A stretch of DNA of 64,000 nt, taken from Planctomycetota bacterium. GTDB lineage: Bacteria > Planctomycetota > UBA1135 > UBA2386. The position numbers and the translations under genes were made by a program. The notes under the pieces are model-generated. The model was not told the origin of the DNA, did no database searches, and saw only the letters and a program-made list of their open reading frames with translations. Location: positions 6,880,001-6,944,000 of the forward strand of contig OZ245838.1 in NCBI GenBank assembly GCA_965228735.1, in the 5' to 3' direction. Below, piece after piece: positions 55,981-62,706 of this stretch (within the stretch, counting starts at the first letter, position 1; each line of letters opens with the position of its first letter).

Positions 55981-56610
55981 GTGGCGATTGACTGGACCGC
56001 AGTGATTCACGCCGTCGACGACGACGACGGCATTCGACGATTGCACAAGCGGTGGGCGCACCGCCTCGGAGTCGCCGCAGAGGGCGAGTTCGGGCGGCAG
56101 CTGTTCGACGTGTTGGACGAAGCCGACGACGACCTGCTCGATTCGCAGGCTGAGTTGCGCGTGCGCGTCGATGGCTTCGCGGAACTCGTCTCGCAGGGCG
56201 ACCACGCAGCGCGGTACGACGAGTGTGCGGACTCCACGCTGTTCCTCTCGTTGTTCGTGTCGGCGTCCCCCTCGACGGGTGTGACGGTTGCGGACGTGCT
56301 CGCGCAGGGGCGGAAGATGCTCGCGGAGGTGGGCAAGTGGGTCGCGCGTGCCGAGAACCTAGGGCGGCGATCGGCGACCACGATGACCGCGGCGGAGGAC
56401 CGGCAGATCCAGCGCCGGAATGCTCTGCTGCGATGCGTGCCTGCGCGGTGCGCTGAGGAAGGTCGGCCACCTAGGACCATGACCGAGGTAGTGGGGTGGT
56501 TGAGCGCCGACGAGGGTCTCAACGCCAGCGATAAGACGGTGAAACTCGACCTGCTGGCCTTGCGCGATGACGGCCGCCTGACGCCGGACCAACTACCGCC
56601 GCTCGGCTGA
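55981..56610 (+). CDS. Hypothetical protein with C-terminal wHTH (putative element regulator)
   Basis: GGAGG SD before GTG; TMTEVVGWL..EGLNASDKTVKLDLLALRDDG is HTH-like. Confidence 0.7.
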   Translation: MAIDWTAVIHAVDDDDGIRRLHKRWAHRLGVAAEGEFGRQLFDVLDEADDDLLDSQAELRVRVDGFAELVSQGDHAARYDECADSTLFLSLFVSASPSTGVTVADVLAQGRKMLAEVGKWVARAENLGRRSATTMTAAEDRQIQRRNALLRCVPARCAEEGRPPRTMTEVVGWLSADEGLNASDKTVKLDLLALRDDGRLTPDQLPPLG

Positions 56611-56612
56611 GG

Positions 56613-56639
56613 CTCGGAGTTCTCGGAGTGCTCGGAGTT
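56613..56639 (+). repeat. 3 x 9-bp tandem repeat CTCGGAGT(T/G), putative operator
   Basis: ctcggagtt-ctcggagtg-ctcggagtt in the gap before the Xis-like gene. Confidence 0.65.
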
Positions 56640-56687
56640 GCACCGGGGTAGCCGGCGAGCATCGATATGGGAGGGGGCACTCAGCCA

Positions 56688-56996
56688 ATGAGCACCCCGA
56701 CCAAACACCGTGGCGCGACCGGCGCCCTCTCGACTCTCGAGTCGCCCTGGTGGGTAGACGACGGCGAGCCTCTCACGCTCGCGGCGGCTACCCGCCTGTT
56801 CCCGAGGCGCGCCGATGGGAAGCGCATCAGCCTTTGGACGCTGCATCGGTATCGCGAGCAGGGCGTCGCGTTGGGGCGCGGCCGTCGCCTCCGCCTGCGC
56901 TGCTTTCGCGGGGACGCGAGTTCGTGGGCGACGACGACCGGCGAGATCGGGCGATTCCAACTCGCGCTGACGGAGGCGCGCGGGGGCGACGCCTGA
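56688..56996 (+). CDS. DUF1580-like HTH protein (excisionase/AlpA-like)
   Basis: LTLAAATRLFP...ISLWTLHRY..QG..LRLRC...WATT..I.RF pattern; position upstream of the rep-like gene. Confidence 0.75.
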   Translation: MSTPTKHRGATGALSTLESPWWVDDGEPLTLAAATRLFPRRADGKRISLWTLHRYREQGVALGRGRRLRLRCFRGDASSWATTTGEIGRFQLALTEARGGDA

Positions 56997-56997
56997 G

Positions 56998-58500
56998 ATG
57001 CCCCAGTTCCGCGACTTGCTGGTCGGCCACAGCCCGGGCGCGTCCCCCGAGGCGACGCTCGTGCTCTCCGCGCGCGCGGCGTTCGCCGGCTTGCTGGCCG
57101 CCGGCCGGGCGATGCCGAACCGTTCTCCGCGGGTGCCGACGATAGTCGAGGTCGCGGCCGAGCTCGGCCTCTCTCGTGACGCTGTCCGACGCGGTGACCG
57201 CGAACTGCTCGAGCGCGGCGAGCTCGTGAACGGATCTGACGGGCCTGAGGTCGTTCCTGCCGCTCTGGCGCGGCGTGCCGCTGACCGTCGACGGCTCATC
57301 CGCCTCGACCGCGACGTTCGGTCCCGCGGTCTCCGGCCGAGGACGTTGCTGCTCGCCGGCCTCGTGCGTGCCCAGGCGCGCCCACGCGGCCAGTTCTGGG
57401 CCGGGGTGCCCGTGCTGTCCGACCGACTCGGGCTGCCACCTCGGACGACCGAGCGCGCCCTCGCGGCGGCCCGAAAGGCGGGCGTCGTTCGGTCTCACGT
57501 CGTTCCCGGCTCATGGCGACTCGTGCTGTCGCCAACCGGCGGAAGCAGTGCGTCGCAAAGCGGCGGAAGCAGTGACCCGCAGCCGAGCACTCCGGACGGC
57601 CACCCGGAGCCGACGTCGCGAATGGGCGGGAGCAGTGACGCCGGCCCGGTGTCGCGAAGCGGCGGTCCGAGCGTTGCGAATCGGCGGCCCCCGTGTCGTG
57701 AATCGGCGGCCGGAGTGTCGCGATCCGGCGGAAGCTCTGCGGAAGTGCGGAGTACGGACTCACCTCCGGAACGCGTGGGCGCGCGCGAGACGCCGCCACG
57801 GGCGGCGGGTGAAACCAGAGCCCTGCACGACAGCCGGCAGCAGCAGAGGCCGAACCCGACAGCGGGGCGGGTCGATGTTCGATGGGTCGCCGGCGAGTGG
57901 GCGGTCCGGATGATCGTCGGCAACGGGCGGGAGCAGCTGACCGAAGTCGACGCGGCCCACCTGGCGGCCCTGCTCGATGAGCTCGAACCGCCCGAGGCCG
58001 ACCCCTACGTGCGCGACCCGCGGGCCGTTCGCCGGGAGCGGCTGTCGTTCGCACGGAGCGTCATTCGGTGGGGGCCTTCGCCCGAGATGCTGGCCCGATG
58101 GCTGGCGGTGGCGGTGCCTGTCTACGGCGTCCGAGGGGCTGGCCAGTACCTGCGTCGCACGGTCGAGGGTGGCGGCGACCCTGGCACGCTACTCAGCCGC
58201 CACGGCGGCGGTGAGCAGGCTCTCTACCCCGAGCACGAGGCCGCTCTGCTCGGCGACAGGGCGCGCGAGGTCGCGGGACTGGTGGCGGCCACGGCGGCGG
58301 TCGTTGGTGCTGACGGCGACGCCCGCGAACAACTTGCCACCCAGCTTCGCGACGCCATCGATGCCGGCGACCTGGCGGTTGCTCGCGTGGCGGTGCTCGC
58401 GTTGCTCGACGGCCTACCCGCGCACCCGCTGCGTGTGGCCCGCATCGCAGAGCGAGTCGGCGTGGAGCCCGAACGCATCACGGAGGCGCTGGCGGCATGA
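56998..58500 (+). CDS. Putative replication initiator with tandem wHTH domains
   Basis: HTH motifs EVAAELGLSRDAVRRG..L.ERG and LSDRLGLPPRTTERAL..A..AG; low-complexity linker carrying DNA repeats; C-terminal HTH. Confidence 0.7.
   Translation: MPQFRDLLVGHSPGASPEATLVLSARAAFAGLLAAGRAMPNRSPRVPTIVEVAAELGLSRDAVRRGDRELLERGELVNGSDGPEVVPAALARRAADRRRLIRLDRDVRSRGLRPRTLLLAGLVRAQARPRGQFWAGVPVLSDRLGLPPRTTERALAAARKAGVVRSHVVPGSWRLVLSPTGGSSASQSGGSSDPQPSTPDGHPEPTSRMGGSSDAGPVSRSGGPSVANRRPPCRESAAGVSRSGGSSAEVRSTDSPPERVGARETPPRAAGETRALHDSRQQQRPNPTAGRVDVRWVAGEWAVRMIVGNGREQLTEVDAAHLAALLDELEPPEADPYVRDPRAVRRERLSFARSVIRWGPSPEMLARWLAVAVPVYGVRGAGQYLRRTVEGGGDPGTLLSRHGGGEQALYPEHEAALLGDRAREVAGLVAATAAVVGADGDAREQLATQLRDAIDAGDLAVARVAVLALLDGLPAHPLRVARIAERVGVEPERITEALAA
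57527..57731 (+). repeat. Iteron-like array (7 x ~16 bp, YGTCGCGAAN-CGGCGG), putative origin
   Basis: Copies start at 57527, 57551, 57614, 57650, 57672, 57694 and 57716; the last four have an exact 22-bp period. Confidence 0.8.
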
Positions 58501-58697
58501 TGATCACGCAGCCGAGGCCCGCGTCGTTCAAGTGCGCGAGGTGCGGGCGGCCGACGCTCGCGAAGGACGGGGTTCCCGCTGACCGGTGTTGCACGGCCTG
58601 CAGGCGGGGGAGTGCCGACGCGTCGCTGGCAGCGTGGCGGCATCGGTCTGGCGTGACGCCGACATGGCCGACGAAGCGACCCGAGGGGACGGCATGA
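58497..58697 (+). CDS. Small Zn-finger-like protein
   Basis: CARC...CTAC; ATGA overlaps at both ends. Confidence 0.6.
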   Translation: MMITQPRPASFKCARCGRPTLAKDGVPADRCCTACRRGSADASLAAWRHRSGVTPTWPTKRPEGTA

Positions 58698-59026
58698 CCG
58701 ATCAGCGAAACATGCGGCGGCTTTCGCGCGTGCTCGTGGGGCTCTACCGCGACACCGTCCCCGGCGTCGATTCGGACGGCGCTCCGACCGTCGTGGGGTG
58801 GACTCCGTCCGACCTCGAGGGCGATGCGCTGATTGCAGCCGTCGATCGGGCCGACCCGGCGCTTCGGTGGCTGTCGTGGCCGGAGCCGTTTGAGGCGGTC
58901 GTGTTCCGCGCGTGGTCGGTACTTCACCGAGAGTCCGCGCGCCGCGTGATCGACGAGGCCGAAGCGCAGGGCGCATCGCCCGAGGATGTCGCTCGGTGGC
59001 GGCGGAAGCTGGAGACGGGCGCATGA
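58694..59026 (+). CDS. Hypothetical protein
   Basis: ATGA-coupled; GAGGGG SD. Confidence 0.65.
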   Translation: MTDQRNMRRLSRVLVGLYRDTVPGVDSDGAPTVVGWTPSDLEGDALIAAVDRADPALRWLSWPEPFEAVVFRAWSVLHRESARRVIDEAEAQGASPEDVARWRRKLETGA

Positions 59027-59256
59027 CAGCCACCATCGCCGACCTGGTCCGCTCGCGGATGGTGGACCTCGGCGCCGACCGCGACGACGTTCTCGCGGCG
59101 GGTCACGCACTCGACCACGAGCGCGGACCGCATGCGCTGTCGCAACTCGTCGCGGAGGTGCGCGCGTGGACACGCACCGGATGGATGCCGCTCGACCCGC
59201 TCGCGTACTACGTCATCTCGCGGCTGCGCCAGGCCGGCGTGTGGAGGGCGACGTGA
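59023..59256 (+). CDS. Hypothetical protein
   Basis: ATGA-coupled; GGAG SD. Confidence 0.65.
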   Translation: MTATIADLVRSRMVDLGADRDDVLAAGHALDHERGPHALSQLVAEVRAWTRTGWMPLDPLAYYVISRLRQAGVWRAT

Positions 59257-59552
59257 GCGAACCTCGAGCCGTTTCGATCGACACGCTCGTCCGGGCACGG
59301 CAGCGACGGGCCGCCGCCGAACGTCAGGTCGCACAACTGAAGGCGACCGTTGCCCAGCTGCACGAAGAACTCGCCGACGCGCGGCGCGAGATCCGCCGCC
59401 TGCAACAGATCAACCAGACCAACCAGGCCGGCACCGTGCCGGTCGCAACCGAGAGAAGCGATGAAGGCGAAGACCAAGAGCACGAAACCGACCCACCCAG
59501 ACCCGAGGCCGGGCAGCAGCAACGCCGCCCAGGACCACGGTCAGCGCCGTAG
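59253..59552 (+). CDS. Hypothetical coiled-coil protein
   Basis: GTGA-coupled; GGAGG SD; heptad segment VAQLKATVAQLHEELADARREIRRL. Confidence 0.6.
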   Translation: MSEPRAVSIDTLVRARQRRAAAERQVAQLKATVAQLHEELADARREIRRLQQINQTNQAGTVPVATERSDEGEDQEHETDPPRPEAGQQQRRPGPRSAP

Positions 59553-59676
59553 CCACGAGTCCTTGAACGCCACGCCGAAGACGGCGGGCAAGGAGTGGCA
59601 ACGCGCAATCGCCGAGTCCGGCGGCTCGACGGTGCACGGCCAGTTCGACGGCCGCACCGGCAAGCGCAAGCAGTAG
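59461..59676 (+). CDS. Small basic hypothetical protein
   Basis: GC3-rich codons; overlaps the tail of the previous ORF by 92 bp. Confidence 0.5.
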   Translation: MKAKTKSTKPTHPDPRPGSSNAAQDHGQRRSHESLNATPKTAGKEWQRAIAESGGSTVHGQFDGRTGKRKQ

Positions 59677-59708
59677 ATCCACCACCAACCCGAACCAGGA
59701 GAATCCCA

Positions 59709-60206
59709 ATGACCGAAGAACACGACGACGACATCGACAACCCCGACGACCGCTCGCAGATGAGCGTCACCGAGCGACTGGCGAAGCTCGAGTCCGAGCG
59801 TGTCCTCGCGCGACTCGAGCGCGATCACCAACTCGGCGGCGAGCACGCGCAGGAAGTCCTCGACATCGTCGCGTCCAGCGGCGGAACCATCAGTGAGGGC
59901 GAGGCCGTCCGCGTAGTCGAGGAGCGGCACGCGCTCGGCTCCGTTCGACCAATGCACAGCCACGGGCAGATGCGCGCGCAGTCTCGGGGTGGTCCTCGCC
60001 CTCGGCAGAGCCCGCGAGCGGCGCAGCGGGAGCGACTGGCAGCGATCCGCGAACTTGCCCAGCGCGACAAGCGAGCAGCAGCGGCCGAGGCCAGGCTCGA
60101 GCACGGCTCCATGTTGGCCTCCGCAATGAACTGGTCGCATGGCGCGAGCGAGGGACGAGACGCGGGGACGATTCGGTCCCGCCACGGCCTCGTCGCGCAG
60201 CAGTGA
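59709..60206 (+). CDS. Hypothetical protein with acidic N-terminus, helical
   Basis: AGGAG SD before ATG 59709. Confidence 0.7.
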   Translation: MTEEHDDDIDNPDDRSQMSVTERLAKLESERVLARLERDHQLGGEHAQEVLDIVASSGGTISEGEAVRVVEERHALGSVRPMHSHGQMRAQSRGGPRPRQSPRAAQRERLAAIRELAQRDKRAAAAEARLEHGSMLASAMNWSHGASEGRDAGTIRSRHGLVAQQ

Positions 60207-60658
60207 CCGCGCAAACGGCATCCCCGGAGTCCCGGAGGGGCACCTGGTTCCATCAGGGCCGGGGGTGCTGTTCGCGATGCGCACGGCGACTCGCGGGCAA
60301 CCCCGACCTCGAGCCGGAGTCCCAGCGCGGCGGAGCTCCCCCCGGGTATGGGGGGGCGACCGCTCCGCCCTTCCCCGCGGCCGACCGGCAGGCTCGCCGC
60401 CTGGTGCCCAGGACGCACTCCTGGCAGCGGCTCCCTCGCACGAACTCGCGAGGGGCCTGCCATGGGTCGCCCAACGAGATCGGCGCTCAGAACGCCTCTG
60501 GCGCTGTGCGTCCACGGCCCCGCTTGGACACAATGGCTGGACACAGCGCCTCTCGGCGCCTGCCCGGCACCTCGACGATGACCTGACCGGCTCGCCAGCC
60601 CTGCAACCATCGGGCTTGCAGCCGACCACCTGAACCGACGACCGTCTGCTACAGAGCC

Positions 60659-61432
60659 ATGGCCATCCGCTTCCGTGAACGTGCCCGAGGCCACTGGCTC
60701 GACCGAGCCCGGCCGCAGCCTGCGCCGTCGTGGCGCGCGCCGGCCGCCTACATCTTCCCGGGCGAGACCGACAGCGCCGGCAACGTGCTGAAGCCGCTCG
60801 CTGCGCCCGCGGCGCCAACCGTCCCGGAATCTTCGGCTGATGGCGTCGGCCTTTCGGCCACAGCCGCCCCAGCCCTCACATGGCGAGCGCTGGAACGCCA
60901 TCCGGAGGGTGAACAGTCGGGCAGCAACCGCGAGCGGACAGGGGGTCGCAAGAGACCACGCGAACCGCGGTCCGGGAGCAACCGGCCACTGCGCCCGATA
61001 CCCACCGATCCGGTGCGGATCGATTGCGTTCTGCGGACGCTCCAGGGGCAGACGGTCCGCGCATCCAAGTGGCACCGGCTGCGGTCGCGGGCGTTGTTGG
61101 CGGCGTGCGTGTCGGCGAGCCCGTCGACGACGTTTGCGGCCCTAACGCGGATGACGCACCAGCAGGTCAGGAGCGAGCTTCGTGCGCCGCGCGAGGGCTG
61201 GCGCTGGATTCGCGGGTGGTTGGCCCTTCGCGCGCAGGCGCTGGGTGCGGCGGCTGAGTCGTCGCCGTGGACGTCGTTCCCGCCGCTCTCGGCCGGCAAC
61301 TATCGCAAGCTGGCCGAGGGCTTGGTGCGGCTGCTTGAGTCGTCGAAGGTGCCGGCGTGGCGCCCGTCCGCGCTGCTGCTCGCGACCTGGGGCGGGCTGA
61401 CGATCTACTCGCACTCCGAGGTCTCGCGATGA
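60659..61432 (+). CDS. Hypothetical protein
   Basis: 257-aa ORF coupled by ATGA to the next gene; the middle part is low-complexity, so the start is uncertain. Confidence 0.5.
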   Translation: MAIRFRERARGHWLDRARPQPAPSWRAPAAYIFPGETDSAGNVLKPLAAPAAPTVPESSADGVGLSATAAPALTWRALERHPEGEQSGSNRERTGGRKRPREPRSGSNRPLRPIPTDPVRIDCVLRTLQGQTVRASKWHRLRSRALLAACVSASPSTTFAALTRMTHQQVRSELRAPREGWRWIRGWLALRAQALGAAAESSPWTSFPPLSAGNYRKLAEGLVRLLESSKVPAWRPSALLLATWGGLTIYSHSEVSR

Positions 61433-61653
61433 CGGCGGCTGGCGTTCCGTATCACCGGGCCGACCCGAAGGCCGAGAAGGCCGGCCCGAGCTTCGCGCGT
61501 GAGTTGCGGGAACTCGAACTGCGATACCGCGACGAATCGGTCCGGCTGCTCGAGGAGTCCAAGCGGTTGGCGGCGGAGGCTGTGGACGCAAAGAGGTCCG
61601 CCGAATCGTGCGCCACATGGCGTCGAAGCCTGGGGACCGAGCCCGACGCTTGA
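61429..61653 (+). CDS. Small coiled-coil hypothetical protein
   Basis: ATGA-coupled; GAGG SD. Confidence 0.55.
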   Translation: MTAAGVPYHRADPKAEKAGPSFARELRELELRYRDESVRLLEESKRLAAEAVDAKRSAESCATWRRSLGTEPDA

Positions 61654-61657
61654 GGGG

Positions 61658-62386
61658 CTACACCCGCAGGACCCAGTTCAGGTTCATGGAGAAGATCCAA
61701 CCGATTCCGAGCGCTCCCAGAGCGAACATCGCCGTGGCGACATGGAGAGCCACGGGGTTGTGCCTCCCAGCGGCATCGAAGACGGCCCAGAACACGGCGT
61801 CCCAATCGACCTCCTCCGTATCCCTATCCGCGAAGTCCGCCCACTGCTCACCGTTCTTGACGAGGCCGAACTCGTGGAACTTCTCCGGCAGCTTCTCCTC
61901 GCTCGGATACGAGAACAGGTAAAGCGACTGGGACGTGCCGATGCGTCGCCCGGCGGAAAAGCCGAGGGGTCGCCCGATCTGTTCCGGACCATGTGCGATG
62001 CGTTGCGCGTAGCGCATGAGGTGCTGGGGCTGCTTCCTCGACGCCTTGAACGAGCCCACGTCCGCATGGTCCTTGATGACCTCCGGACAGCGCCAGTCGA
62101 ACAGCAAGTGCGCCAACGTGAAAGCCACCGCGGTTCCGAACAGCACCTGCCATCGGAACGGCAACTGGAGGCTCTGCACGAAGTCAGCAGCCCACTCCGG
62201 TTCGGTCACCCGTTCCCGGAGTTCCAGCACGACTCGAGCGGCGATCGGAACGGCGCCGATCCAGATCATCGAGCTGCGAACGAGTCGGTTCTGCCCCCAT
62301 GCGCGTAGGCGCTGCCATTCGAGCCACGGTCGCTTCTCGGCGAGTGTCGCGTCTGGGTTGACCGGGTGCCGAACGATCGACTTCAC
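61658..62386 (-). CDS. Cargo membrane protein (about 3 TM), function unknown
   Basis: Only antisense gene in the element; segments SSMIWIGAVPIAA, LPFRWQVLF..CPEVIK and a C-terminal TM. Start uncertain (62386-62455). Confidence 0.7.
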   Translation of the reverse strand: MKSIVRHPVNPDATLAEKRPWLEWQRLRAWGQNRLVRSSMIWIGAVPIAARVVLELRERVTEPEWAADFVQSLQLPFRWQVLFGTAVAFTLAHLLFDWRCPEVIKDHADVGSFKASRKQPQHLMRYAQRIAHGPEQIGRPLGFSAGRRIGTSQSLYLFSYPSEEKLPEKFHEFGLVKNGEQWADFADRDTEEVDWDAVFWAVFDAAGRHNPVALHVATAMFALGALGIGWIFSMNLNWVLRV

Positions 62387-62567
62387 GGCGTCACTGTAGC
62401 CATGGCTGGACACGGGGCCCAGTTGTGTCCACCGGGCATGCTCAGACATGCACACCCTTGCACGTCACCGGGCTTCTGGTAGGCTGAGAAGGTCGACCCG
62501 ACATCGCGGGTCTAGGTGCTGTTTCGAGACCGATTCCGAGGGTTTGACTCTCCGTGGCTGGCCGAGA

Positions 62568-62612
62568 TTTTGGTCCAGTCGGTTCCTGGTTCGAGTCCAG
62601 GCGGGGTAACCA
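62568..62612 (+). repeat. attR core (duplicated tRNA-Gln 3' end)
   Basis: 45/45 identity to 54288-54332; the tRNA 5' half is absent. Confidence 0.95.
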
Positions 62613-62706
62613 TTCGACGCTGACCCAGCGTTGCTGCGATCGCTGGCCGGTTGGTGTTCGGGTCGTTGTCGATCGTTCCCTCGGTGGCCATCCAATCGTC
62701 CCAGTT

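Larger units (their letters stand above)
54288..62612 (+). mobile_element. tRNA-Gln-integrated element, 8,280 bp between att repeats (phage-satellite-like/integrative)
   Basis: Perfect 45-bp direct repeats at both ends, adjacent integrase, Xis/AlpA-like gene, initiator-like gene. Confidence 0.93.

Noticed and set aside
57527..57731. CRISPR-like array
   Set aside because: Units are degenerate, most spacers are only 6-8 bp, the array lies inside an ORF and no cas genes are present. An iteron array fits better.
60236..60470. tmRNA, RNase P or SRP RNA
   Set aside because: Only superficial similarity; the conserved GAGGAAAGUCC, GGAAGG-AGCAG and tmRNA terminal motifs are absent.
60917..60998. HDV-like or hammerhead ribozyme
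   Set aside because: A hairpin followed by GCGAA is present, but I could not build the P1/P3/P1.1 pseudoknot, and no CUGANGA...GAAA core occurs on one strand.
62568..62612. Possible second tRNA-Gln
   Set aside because: Only the 3' 45 nt are present; upstream sequence cannot form the acceptor stem or D arm. It is attR.
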